Source: Lingula anatina (lineage: Eukaryota; Animalia; Brachiopoda). From it: a DNA stretch of 64,000 nt. The stretch covers positions 4,402,001-4,466,000 of the forward strand of contig CM120647.1 of NCBI GenBank assembly GCA_051362555.1, given 5' to 3'. The position numbers and the translations under genes were made by a program. Below the pieces are notes generated by a model. It saw only the letters and a list, made by a program, of their open reading frames with translations. It made no database searches and was not told the DNA's origin. Positions 40,514 through 53,060 of the stretch are shown here, one piece after another (position 1 is the first letter of the stretch; every line of letters starts with the position of its first letter).

Positions 40514-41389
40514 TGGCTCATAATTAAAGTAGGTAGGACTTGTATAACTGTCGGACTTTTATTTCTGTTACACCTATGACAGTAATAAAAGTCCGGCCAA
40601 TTGAAAGTCCTATCCTTAGCCAATAATATTGTTAAATGATAAAAATATAAATGTATATGAAATCCTTCTGGCGAACCATATATTAGACAAAAATGATTGG
40701 TTTGCAACTTCAGCTCGTCTGTGTAGTGGCTGGCGTGCAAGACCACAAGGTAAGAATTCATGAATTGTTCTGTTACATCCATGGGTTCGAGACCTATTTT
40801 TGACATGACCTTACCCGCCCCCTTCCCCCTATTTACTTGTAGCAAAATGTCTAAAGGTGTTTTTAATGTCTAATATGTGTTTGAAATTCCGTGCTCATTA
40901 CATTTACAATTTTTTGTTTTGTCTTTTAAGTGTCAAAGCACCAAAATAGCAAAGGGTTATTTCAGAACATTTTATACATATATTGCCATTTTCAACTTCT
41001 AAACTGTCTTGATTTGTCTTAAATCTCAGCCCATACTTTCCAAGAGCAAATCTCCATCGAGTTTGAGTTTTTTTTTTTAATTTCAGCGAGTGTAAACCGA
41101 AAAATAAATCTAAGAACGGAGATCCGGCGTTTTGTGTAAAGTGATTTTTCTCTTAGGAATAAGGTTTTGAAAAAGAGAAATTTGCGTTTACTAGATGAAA
41201 AATACACATAAAATAAATATTTTTTTTTTGTTTCTTCGTTAATATGCATATAAACTGCCTATCGGAAAACATTGTAAAATATAATGTAAAATGTCATGTA
41301 AATAGAATAAAGCAAACGTTTATTATATCTTTTAAACCAGTACGTCTCTATATCTATTTATTCATGTCATTACTTGGTGTAAACTATAT

Positions 41390-41612
41390 AGGACATGCGT
41401 TACTAAAATGTCAGGAACGCACGTCCCATTAGGACGTGCATTACTACACGTAGGACTTCCATTACTTGGGAGCCTTCGTCCTACGGACATTGAATCCTAG
41501 TAACGTATGTCCTAGGACTTCCATTCCTAGCAATGCATGCCCTAGGACTTGCATTCCCAGGACATAGTGTCCGGGCGGACTTGCGTTACTAGGACGTGCA
41601 CACCTGCCACAC
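41390..41612. repeat. Array of short taggac/gtccta motifs, probably a DNA-transposon subterminal region
   Basis: About 12 aggac/gtcc motifs ending in ggacgtgcacacctgccacacc; similar motifs at ~40530-40615. Confidence 0.5.
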
Positions 41613-43640
41613 CGGCGATCGGCTGGGTGAAGGTGTATTTTATTTTTTATTCAAATATTCAATAAATGTCAGTGTTATTCAAGGACATTATAACACTATA
41701 TCTTGAAAGAGGTATGTTCTTTCCAATTTTTGTTGTTTATTCTGTAAATTACCGACTTTTAGTTAAGCTTGCTGACTTAATACTCCTCCAGAGGAGGCTA
41801 GACATCATCGACTAGTAGCTAACAAAAAAATAAATAAATAAATAAATAAATAAAATAAAAAAAATAAAAAAAATAAATAAATAAAAATAAAAAAAACGAC
41901 GTAAGCGACTTTTTAGATTCTTTGTGAAAATCGACGTAACGACTTAATTACGTTGGTTACCAATTCTTAGTCAGGGAAACCGACTTATTTTATTATTTTT
42001 TTTTTTTTGTGAAACGGGGGCCTAGGGATCTAAAAGCTCGGTTGACACTGTGCTTTTTGTAGATCCTGAACACTTTCTCTGAAATTCATTTACAATTACA
42101 GTTAGAAACACTGGCTGTATCTGTTGGCTCACAGCTGATTATTGCTGTCTTTTCCTGACGAGGTTTTGTCTTAAAAGCCCAAGATGGGTTATTGCACATC
42201 ATGAGAGCCTCTTCCATGTATATCCAACAACCAAGCTAATGAACATCTTTGCTCAAGAATCACTGTGTTCGTTGCAAAGGCTGATCAAGACCTAAAATCA
42301 CCCTTTAACATACCTCTTCTCAAAGAACACATCTATAGTTACATGAGGATTACTTGAAATTTCTGTTTAAGAAAAAATCATTAATGTTGCCGATGTCACA
42401 ATCCAAAAATGCGTGTGGTACTGTAGATCCCAGAGGTCAGAAATAGGGTTCTGGTGAAACATATTATTATACAATATGCATTGTATAAGAATTCTTGGAG
42501 AAAGGCTGTATATAAATAGTGTCTCCACTTGAGAATAGTTCATTTGTCATTCTTTTATGTAACCAATATCATAATTTATTATAGGAATCTTGTTACGCCG
42601 CCGTGGCCAATGTCTTTTAAATCCACAAAGAACAACGCAAAACTCACTGGTTTGGGTGCTTCTGATATGCAGTACTCAATGATGAGCCATAATTAAGTCA
42701 CACAAGAACCACATATGAGTCAAATGGGAGAGTTATTTATTTCAAGTAACCCCTTTTATACATGTTGAAGTTCACCAATTGAAAATAATTATACAATGAA
42801 CCGTTTTACCTTCAAGGTACCAATCACAAGTGGTCACGCAACATTTTACTACAAGAGATTCAAACTTACACATCGGGCCGTACTTTACTAATAGAGAAAG
42901 CTACCGGTAGCAATACAAAACAATCTCAATAAAATTTAGGTCTTAATGTACCAGAGGGAGATTTTGTAGGTGGAACATTGTTGGTTAAGGCGGATTAAAA
43001 AATCCGAAATAAAAAATTGGCCGTTATAAACATGATATCAAACACCACTGTGCCATTCTCGCTCTCTGTTTGCAAAAGGTTTGAGGAATATAAAGGAAAT
43101 AAATATCATGTTAGATAAACCTCACCAGTTCGCCGCAGCCAAAATTTGAATCTAAGATGTATTCTGAATGTCAAACGGCCCACACAAAGATGGTGTTCGA
43201 CAGATGATTTGGATATGAAGGACAAGATGGACACCAATTTCCTTGATGATGCCAAACATGAGTTTCTTGTTCATGACTTAGTCTGGCACGGATGGTTAAT
43301 AACAACAGATTGTATTGAGAAATATTCAAATAGGGTTTCGGTATTGATGGTTTTACAGCTTTCACAGACCTACAGGTTATTTCTTGGACGTAATTAAAAA
43401 AAAACTTTAAATCACCTTCTATCACCAGAACGATATCACAAATGACTTTTGCACCCCCAAAATAGTAAGAATCGACATATTACACGTACGTGTAGGTCAA
43501 ATAATTGAAAAAAGCATCGTAAAAAGGCAAAATTGTGTCCACTTTCAAAAGGGTGGATGGTTACCATATTGAATTGGAGTCAGAAAATGGCCGCCAATTA
43601 TTTCCATAATGTCAAAAAATGGTTCCTTTTACGTAATTTA

Positions 43641-43854
43641 GGGTCCATTCCCATAGATATCTGGATCGATCTATCTCCCTTCGGCGTCTCATTACATTGC
43701 TAAACTGCACGCCTAGTACAGCTGTTAGGGAGTAATTATCTGATTCGGTAGGCGTGACAAACATTTAAGCCGGGTGAGTTGATAACAACTTTTTGAGACT
43801 CCTTAGGGAGTAAGACCGATCAAGATGGATCGATGTAGGGATGGGAACCCAGTC
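43641..43854. mobile_element. Harbinger-type MITE H1 (diverged)
   Basis: gggtccattcccatag...gatgggaacccagtc ends; preceded by TTA. Confidence 0.7.
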
Positions 43855-44088
43855 CAAGTCAGGTATGATAATTTACATACGTAAATGTGTATGATAAGAC
43901 CCAACCAAGAGATGGAAAATCATTTAAGGAAAAATGCATATATAGATAATTGTGGATACATACACACACATACATGAATAAAATAAAAAGGTAATGTTAC
44001 TTAATCTTCGGCTATCACTAGCCATGCTTTAAAATGTTCTAAAACTCTTTATCTGCCCTTTTTCCCCTGGATTACATGTATCTACAGT

Positions 44089-44260
44089 CAGGCCCGTAGC
44101 CAGCAATTTCAAAAGGGGGGTTCGTTTTCTGAAAAAGTGGACCTTTTTCCATAAGAACTTCATGAACCTAGATCAAATTTTACTCAGAGTGGACCTTTTC
44201 CCAGCAAAAGGGGCGGTTCTTTCGAACCCCCCGAACCCCCCCCCCCTGGCTACGGGCCTG
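44089..44260. mobile_element. hAT-like MITE
   Basis: Perfect TIR caggcccgtagccag / ctggctacgggcctg; homologous to 9038-9208. Confidence 0.75.
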
Positions 44261-44304
44261 TGTAACAGTATCTATGCACTGAGGTCTGTAATGACTCCTT
44301 TCAG

Positions 44305-45144
44305 GTGTGCAATTATGGCAGAAGTCCTCAGTGACCAGTATTTCCATACAAGGGTGTTACCAATGCACGGATTGGCTCAGGAATGGGCATCTACCTTATA
44401 TTCTTAGAGGTTTTACAATCAATCAAATCAGCCTTTACTTTTTTCATGGTGTTGCAATGTACAATGGATGTTGATTGGGATATTTGATTTAAAGTATATC
44501 AATCATGGGCCAGATATTCTACATGTCCAGCCTTATTTGTTGAAGGCTGCACTTTTCATGGCAACCCCAGGTCAAACCGTCATAGGGAAGTACAGCAGTG
44601 ACAAAGTATTTGGCAAAGTGAAGGTTTGTACATTATACTTAGCCACAGACGGTTGAGCTGCTTTGGCCCCTTTATTACGAGTTTATTAGAACAAACATGA
44701 ACTTAAAAGTTGTGAAAATATCCTTAGGCCTTGACAGCACTTATTATTAATAGTTATTCGAAAATGTATAGATGTGGCTTATGCTTAACTTGCATAGGAA
44801 GCCCTAGCACTGGCAACTTTGACTTTGGCTTATGTCACAGACTGCTAGTGAATGGGGTAAATGAAATATACAACCCTGTACAAGTACCTAGAACATTGGA
44901 ATTATGAATTGAGCGATGAGTGAGATTTTTAATTATTATCTTTAAAGTTCTACTCTAGAATTACATTGAAAAAATGATAATTTTCGCTTGATCGGTCTTC
45001 TACACACACCATGTGGCTGTTTTGACTCCCTTTCCAAACACTCCGGGCTTTACTGTCCTGTTGCCACGGAAACGGTTGTCAAACAACATTCCTGCATTAG
45101 AAAAACAGGACAACAATGTACGTTTCTTTAATGTTAGCCGCAAG
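44305..45144 (+). pseudogene. Exon remnants of a HIT (histidine-triad) family protein
   Basis: After acceptor 44304: CAIMAEVLSDQYFHTRVLPMHGL, then an in-frame stop. Second piece HVAVLTPFPNTPGFTVLLPRKRLS ends at GTGAGT (45145) and resembles the HIT motif HxAFLxxFPNTxGFTVVIPKxH. Confidence 0.55.
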
Positions 45145-46718
45145 GTGAGTGTAACCAAGGTAACAACAGTAAGTACTGTTGCCATGGAGACAGCAGTGAG
45201 AAACACCATGGAAAGAAGTATTAAATGAACGCTATAAAATACTTACCGTCCTAGTATTAAGTCTATGGTACTTAAATATAAGGGACCCAAGGTAGATGAA
45301 ACGATAGACTGTTTTGCATCAAGGCGTGCCATTGTAATCAGTACCAAACATTTAAGGAGGAATTACATTAAATGCAAACTCATTGCTGTGTTAATATACA
45401 TTTTTTTTTTTTGGAATAGACATTAATTAATAATTAATAATTTGATTTTCATGAAATCGTTTTGGTTTAAATAACACAGCAACTTATTAGGCTATTCCTT
45501 TAAAAATCCTTTTGATCTTGTATCCCCCACCTCCCTTTTTCTGTGTTAAAAATCCCCCGTTTCTCAAAACACACTAAGACTAATGTGGTAATTTTTTTTT
45601 TAACATGGCAATAAAAGCTTATATGTAGCAGTAGGGAATGATAATCAAAGCCCAATGTTGCCAAGGGGAAAAAGCTGACAATCTAATAACGTGTCGCCTT
45701 TACATTGTAGTGCTGTTTGAAAATTGTTACGTCGCTTAAAGAGTATGGGGTCTTACTATAGCTCGCAATCTATTGTTTAACACGATTGTTATCATTCTCA
45801 AGCAAGCTAAAACCATGCCTTAACACATAACTGTGTGTCCTGCTGCCGTGGAGAAACGCCCTGTCGAACAGATTGTTTTACATTAAAATACACTAGCGAC
45901 CTGTTTTAGATCACTGTAGTAAGAAAGCATACGAATAAGAACTCAAGTATAAAATTGACATCATATTATTGAGATGCACATAGATATAACGTTATAAGGG
46001 CTGAGCATACCCTGAGTGTCAGAGCAACGTAAAAGCTAGCTTGCTAAATATACCTTGTGGTGGAGTCGCTTTTACTAGCACTGAAGACCAGCGGCCATGT
46101 TAGATTTCCGTCAATCAAATAGAACTGCTCCGCAATGAATCTGCAGTTTAATGTCATCAGACCAAAATAAAACGTAAACAAATTTAATTCTGCTTTTTTA
46201 AATTTTATTTGCTGTATTTAAGATGTAAAGTGAAAAAATAAATAATATTCTTCGGAAAGAAAAGATATATCCAATATTTTTGTATTTTTTGCTTATCAAA
46301 GAACATTTAGTCCTGAGATATACACGTGCACAATACATGTGCTTGCCGTGTGCCAAATGTGACAGCTACACTGTATGCCCGATAGCACTATAAGGGCTGC
46401 GCAATGGCTACACGAAGATAAGTTTTTTACAGCAGAATGTTGCTTGTATTGTGGCACTGACCTTCGACTGCAAGTTATTTTCAATTCAAAATTCTAACTC
46501 CGCGTCAGGCACTTTAATTGCTTCTTGTCTCGCCTGCACGAGACTTCAACGCAAGGCGGGAAAGGCAGCTCCAGGCGGCCAAACCTGTGACGTACGAGAC
46601 TTATGACTTCCAAATATGGATCCAGGCGGACACAGCTGTGACGTGTGACTTCCAAATATGGAAGCGCCCCAGGCAGAATTTTGAAGAAGAACGCCCCCGA
46701 GTTGCCGCTGTCCGCTAG

Positions 46719-47610
46719 GGTATCAGGACAATTCCCCCCAGACAATCCCCCCCCCAGGACAATCCCCCCCCCCCGGACGATTCCCTCCCCCCCCCCCCCC
46801 CGAAGAATATATATATACAAATATAAAGTAAAGAGTACAAAATTCAAATCTTTTCATACAATTTCTGATTATTTCTTAGTATGATGATGCAAATCAAGGA
46901 TAGATAATATTAATTCTATAAACAAATTATTTTCATGGAGTACAAGTACATAAAATTTTCGAGATTAAAGTACAGAACATTTTATTAAAAATCGGATCAA
47001 AGTAGTAGTATATATCTTCAGGTAAAGGAGGGGTTCTGTACTTCAGTGATGATCGCACTCATCCAGGTAGCCCTTTGATGAATTAAATGTTACTTTTAAT
47101 TGCTTTATTTCTCCCCCCTCCCTCACCTTGATTAAGTCTTGAATCGAGAGGTGGGGTAAACAAATTTCCTCGCTTATCCAGGTATCCCTGTGACTATTTG
47201 TCACTTTTATTTGCTTGACCACTACCCACCACCCACCACACTAAAAATATTCATAAAATACCTGTTTACCTGTTCATCTGTTTACCCCACCTTTGCCTGA
47301 AGAAGAGGTCGTTATACTTCGATTAAACTTTTAATAAATTTTCCTGTACTTGTACTCAGTGAAAAGGGATTTGTTATAAAATAGTTTATTTCATGATGAA
47401 GTTGTATTATCACACTAAAAACATTTATAAAATGGATGAAATGTTTTAAACTTTACAGTTTCTACTTTATATTTGTATATAAATATATATTTCTTGGGGG
47501 GAATCGTCCGGGGGGGGATTGTCCCGGGGGGGGATTGTCCGGGGGGGGGGGAATTGTCCGGGGGGAATAGTCCGGGGGGGATTGTCCGGGGGGGGGATTG
47601 TCCTAGAATC
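46719..47610. mobile_element. MULE/Mutator-like non-autonomous element
   Basis: 9-bp TSD gtccgctag / gttcgctag; long TIRs built of ggacaatcccccc repeats. Confidence 0.8.
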
Positions 47611-48302
47611 GTTCGCTAGAGCCTGGTATTGCTACTATGGGTCATATATGAAATCAAGATCGAGATGGCAATACCGGAATTTAGAACCTAGGGTAGCTGA
47701 GCACTAAGCCTCGACAAACTAACGTCCATTATTAAACAACAACCAGAAAAAAGGTCGCCCTGTCATAGTTATGAGAAAAATTGCTGAATCCTCCGTTTCT
47801 TAAAGCGCACAAAGGGTAATGTGATGATAATATTCAACAATAAATGAGGTTTATATAAAGAACAGAATATGAGAAAATATCTAGCAGTGGCGCAAAGACA
47901 ATTTTACTCCAGCGTGCAACAGCGGGAAGACTGACAGTGTGATCACACTATATAAAGTACGGCCAATTAATAATATATGACATCGGCTAGAGAGGAGGGG
48001 TGTTTAATCAGTGACATATTCGTAAGACATCTGAGCTTCAATTCGGTGAATTATTCATAACTACACAGTAAATACATATTCGATTGACTACGTCTCTGAA
48101 GAGAACGCTAGCTACACGGTGAATGCTACACTTAAAGAGCACAGAACCTCTTTGACAGTATGGCTTGTTGTTTGGCACTAAAATCACTAGGCGCGACCTT
48201 TCTTTTCTTTTTGTCATCAGTTAGTGTCACTGTCAGAGAAGGACGGTTCAATGTGACAAGCGGACTGTGGGAAGCAGGGTCCATTGTTGACACTCAGCAT
48301 GA

Positions 48303-48585
48303 CCCGCAAGAAAATGCAGTAGTATCGAAGTAGCAAAGAAGCATTAACGCAGTAGTGGTGTGGAGCATATTTGCAGTAGAAATGCAGTAGAGCCTACTGC
48401 AATTCTACTTCAAAAATTACATAGGTTTGTACAGAGGAGGAGCATTAATGCAGTAGATTAGCAGCATGACAGAAGCATGTTTCAAATATGCTATAGCTCC
48501 TACATCGAAGCAGATTTGAAGCATGTTTGCAGTATGATTGCAGTAGTCTACTGCGCTAGAGTATCTACTTCGTTTTCGTGCAGGG
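48303..48585. mobile_element. Short CCC...GGG (EnSpm-like) MITE with gcagtag/gaagca repeats
   Basis: TIR cccgcaagaaaatgcagtag / ccctgcacgaaaacgaagtag. Confidence 0.6.
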
Positions 48586-50509
48586 AATCCACTGTTGTCG
48601 AGTGTGCCGATCTCTGCAGAGGGAAAGATAAGTTATGAAGCTACCTACCACAGAATCAGTAAGACCTGAGAGAGATATGTTAATAACAGTGTTGGGAATA
48701 CCACCGTGGGTGACCGTGATGCTGATGAAAAGGATTGGGTAAACTTAGGTATTTTTATTCAATCTGCCTCGCACACGTAGGAAAAAAAGTATATAATATT
48801 ACAAACAATACTAAGGTAATGTTATTGTATTGCACTGCATGACGGTATTTAACACTCCCTAGATTGCGGTAGATGTGACCGAGTTAAGACAAAATTACAG
48901 ATGTATGCTTCGAGTGAAAGACAATTAAAGAAAAAAGAACATTATTAGATTTTTATTATCCATAGCACTGTATTTGTTACAGTGATACTGTATAAAACTC
49001 ATCTGAGCTTGACACTCGTAAAAATGGCATCAACTGACAAATTATCAATTAATCTTTTAACTGAGTTTTCCATTCGGTTTACGTAATTAAATAATTGATT
49101 CTGACACTACAGGCATGTAAGAGACATGCGGAATGTTTCTGTTATTGCATTAAATGTCAAGTCTGTATATACATGTACATATCAATCCTCTTATCTGAAC
49201 AGATGTGACCCTTGAAACAGTCCAACAGTTTTAATTCATACTTACCACCAATTAAGAATTATATATATATATATATATATAGCAACTTTTGGTCTCAGGT
49301 GTGCTGTTTGTGGTCTGCTGGTAATTGTTCCAGGTTCAACAAGTATCTCTTTATCATATTCTCCATTGTAAGTCATGTCATTGGCATTTTCATTTGGACC
49401 ACAAGCACATTCCTGAGGAAGTGATTTTTAAACGCGGCCAGTGAGCGTACATATTCCCCCTCAATTAATACATATGCCACATGTATCTTGTACTAGACTG
49501 CCATAAATTTGTCCTTGATGATTACATTGAGCATTGGCAATAACAACATAATAGGCGTGTCAGCAACGCATCCGTTCTTTGTATTATATAAGACAGCGCC
49601 GTTACTAGTAACGTCATACAAATCCAGCGCTGGAACCGAAATAAAGCGATCCTGTGCACTCATTCTGACTGCTGCTCTGTTGCTGATCGACTGGTGTATG
49701 GTTATCTCTATTCCCCGGGGTTAAAGTAAGTGATATACGTAAAATAATAATAATAAAAATTATTTAAATTAAAAAAAAATGTTCTCGGATGCTATGAACT
49801 GGTCTCAATTTTTCACACAACGTCAAATTATAGCCAAATAAATATTCCTTTAACCTCAAATATTGTCTTTTTTATTGTTCAGGAATTCATTTATAATTTA
49901 CATTTTTTTTACTCTGGACAGCGATATGCTGCACAGTCATAACAACAATCAAATTAGATGAGACTAAGAATTTCACTCTCTGACTCTTTGTAATAGAAAA
50001 TGCTTACATCTTCTTTGAATTGAAGCCATACATGCAAATAAAAAATATAAATAAAATAAAGGGCCTCAGATGCTATGAACTAGTCTTAAATATTCACGTA
50101 ACATCAAATTATAGCCGAGTAAATATTTCTATTGTTTTCAAATGACACGCATTTTCTTTCCCCTACCCCCATTTTCAAAAAGGGCGTATTTTGACAGTTG
50201 GGTTCACATTCAAAACGTAGTCATAATTTTCTAAAATAAGACGGTTAAGGCCTACATTTTGTTCATATGCGTTAGACTATAACGTTTTTAAGATTCATTC
50301 ACCAAATACCAATATTTACTTAATTAATGTTTTAAAACTACTTTTGGCTTTAATTTATGAAAAAACCATGAAATATAATCTATTCTGAGATTTGTCCCAT
50401 TATCAATGGCCCATGACAAATTGTCCTGCATTGATGACTTATAGAATCAATTGCCCCAAACCTTGCCTCTTGCCCTGATTGTCAGGGCAGTATAGAGCTA
50501 GCTTGCTAA

Positions 50510-50880
50510 TACCCCCTTTACACTGGACGGCGACCTTTCTGCGTCCAGCAATGCGGCCCCATTTAAGAGTTAAAAAGTTATAATACTTAACGTTATGATA
50601 ACTGGTCGATCATAAAGCATTCAATCTGATACAAATTCAATGCTCGTGCCTCCTTATTAAGACCACAGCGATGCCAAATTTCATGGTCGCAGAAAGGACG
50701 CAGAAAGGACGCCGTCCATTGTAAAGGGGGTGTACGGATGCACGAGCATTGATTTTGTATCAGAATGAATGCTTAATGATCCGCCAGTTATTGGCACGTT
50801 AAGTATTATAATTTTTGAACTCTCAAATGGGACCGGACTACTGGACGCAAAAAGGACGCCGCCCAGTGTAAAGGGGGCTT
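50510..50880. mobile_element. Harbinger-like MITE H2 followed by a partial, oppositely oriented copy
   Basis: TIRs at ~50511, ~50730 and ~50878; body homologous to the copies at 16658 and 35030. Confidence 0.75.
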
Positions 50881-51592
50881 AACTGTACTTTTCATGTTGT
50901 AGCTTGTCAGTATTGCTGATATGTGTTATATATGAAATTAAGGTCGAGATGGCAGAACTGAAATCTAGAACATAGGGTTTTGCCTCTATGATGATTTATA
51001 ATTCATTGATATATCTTTTACCATATATATCTCCTATTGAAGAAGCAGGCACTTTCAACCTTTGTCTCCATAATGATATATTTATTTTCCTTTCCGTATC
51101 CCCATCTGCACCAGAGACTCATTTTCCTGACTGGAATGGTTTGGGAGGATATTAAAGAAACATTACGGTGGAAATATTACAGTTAACCGTCCCACACTCC
51201 AAGTCACCAAAAATGCTACAATTTATAACATAAAGTGCAATGAGGTCAATCACATCGTAGATACAGAGTGTCAATAAGCAATCGTTTTAGAAATATTACA
51301 ACAATAAAACATATGTAAACATTCACTATCCCACCACCTTTAATAATTTTCATGATAACATGTAGACATTCCACATTGCGCCTGTATTCTTATACCAGGC
51401 GCGTTTCTATTACCACTACAATGTTGTTATTATGCAATAGATGAATAAGATGAATAAGTGAATATTTCATGTGAAACCTGAACAGGAAATGATATACACC
51501 AGCATCATTAATATTTCGTCGGTGATACAACGCAGATTTTATATTACAGGCCTTCATATTTTGCAGTCTGTTTTTATCATACAAGCATTTAT

Positions 51593-51854
51593 GTCTCCTT
51601 GATTTAAAGGTTCAATACGATGTCGAGAAAGGAGCAATAAAGTGACAAACACAAGTATGATGTTCGAAACTTGGCCGATGCCGGCCGCTTTTATTGTGAA
51701 TCCTTATACTAAAATGAATTAAATTTTGATGTTAAAATTAAATAATTGTGACAGTGCCAAAATACGTAGTTTTTACGCCTGAAAAGACTATTTTATATAT
51801 AATTCCCAAAGAACATAGTGCAGACGTTTTAATTTGTGGGGTTGCAAAGAGGCC
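51593..51854 (-). repeat. Repeat R2, terminal copy (3' repeat; AATAAA on minus at ~51689-51694)
   Basis: Near-identical to 54671-54911 apart from a ~20-bp extra segment at ~51603-51623. Confidence 0.92.
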
Positions 51855-52187
51855 GAAAAGAAAAATGTAGCCAACGACCGGACGAAGCACGTCGATGTGA
51901 TCTAAACTAGAGGACAAGCTACATCGGCCGAAAAGGTGGACGACAGATAAGCTGAGGCGTGCTACCCAACCCTAACTCCCTCATTTTGAGGGAGGGGGAG
52001 GTACGCCCTTTTCCTTATGATAAACGGGCCATACAGCGAGGAGTAGAGCTCTCCATTCTGTCATCCCTAGTTAGAGAAATTTAGAATTAGAAATTTCAAG
52101 TGTGCCCGCCCGGTCTATTATGAATTATGTCTACCAAAAAACCTGAGCTCCTGAAAATAAAGGGTATAATGGAGATAATAAATCACT

Positions 52188-52474
52188 GGTCAGCGTGAAT
52201 TGCTGGACCAAACAAGTTACAAAAATTGAATGGGAAAAATAAAAAGAAACGGATGAGAATCTGCATGTCTTGCTAGATCTCTGAGGGGGTGGGGGGGGGG
52301 GGGGTGAGGTCCGCATGTCTTGCTGGACCCAACAAGTAACGTCACTTGAAGTTAAACATATAAAAAGTTAAACATATAAAAAAATAAAAAGAAATGGGTG
52401 GGAGAGAATCTGCATGTCTTGCTAGATCTCCGGGAAAAAAGTGGGTATGAGGGCCGCATGTCTTGCTGGCCTTC
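52188..52474 (-). repeat. Five related stem-loops downstream of the YR ORF
   Basis: Core gcatgtcttgct (one variant copy) flanked by variable but complementary arms: ggtcc/ggacc, atct/agat, ggcc/ggcc. Confidence 0.75.
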
Positions 52475-52631
52475 AGCATGAAAGCGAGATTGAATGCAAA
52501 ATGATAAATGATAACTAATATAGCCTATGGATAGTGTCACTAAATGAAACTTGTGAAAGTCAGATTTGTAAATGTCACTAAACGTGCGCGGGTGAATCCT
52601 CCGTGCAAGTATATCAATGCGCTAAATAGTC

Positions 52632-53060
52632 CTATTCAAATTGTCCAGTTGCTTGGCTTGACCATAGTGTTGGAGTGCGGATGTATTTCTTGAAAGAGTC
52701 CGAGTTCCAACGACCAAGCCGTCTTATCTGAGCGTCCGACAGGTTATTCTGCACCGCCAGGGAAGCGGCTCCTATTCTGAAACTGTGTCCTTTAAAGCGC
52801 GTAGGGTCCAAGTGGCAGAATCGAAGATCCCTCGCCAGCTGTTTGTTGAATACGTCCCAATGAATGGGTGTGAAGTTCACCACGTCGGGCCTGTCTAGAG
52901 CTGACTTGTGGTTACGAGTAGAAGACGGGGATTGAGACCCACTGTGACCTAACTTGAAGCCGATAGTGAAGCCCGATACAAGTTGCTTTCTTAAATCAGA
53001 AGGATAACCAGAAAGATATATTGAGTTTGTTGGGGTCTACTGGGGTTTTTAGGACCCTGG
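52632..53060 (-). pseudogene. pol N-terminal stub fused by internal deletion to a tyrosine recombinase C-terminus
   Basis: LKTPVDPNKL / LSGYP...LVSGFTIGFKLGHSG...NHKSALDRPDVV (start of DIRS pol) runs in frame into FKGHSFRIGAASLA...IRRLGRWNSDSFKKYIR (YR catalytic H-x-x-R, W, Y); RT and RNase H absent. Confidence 0.88.

Noticed and set aside
40711-40800. tRNA gene (A-box-like tgtagtggctgg, B-box gggttcgagacc)
   Set aside because: No convincing cloverleaf; at most a decayed SINE head.
42030-43440. Possible decayed transposase
   Set aside because: Coding-like composition but no motif I could assign with confidence.
46494-47707. Gly/Pro-rich ORFs
   Set aside because: Translations of the G/C-run TIRs of the MULE element.
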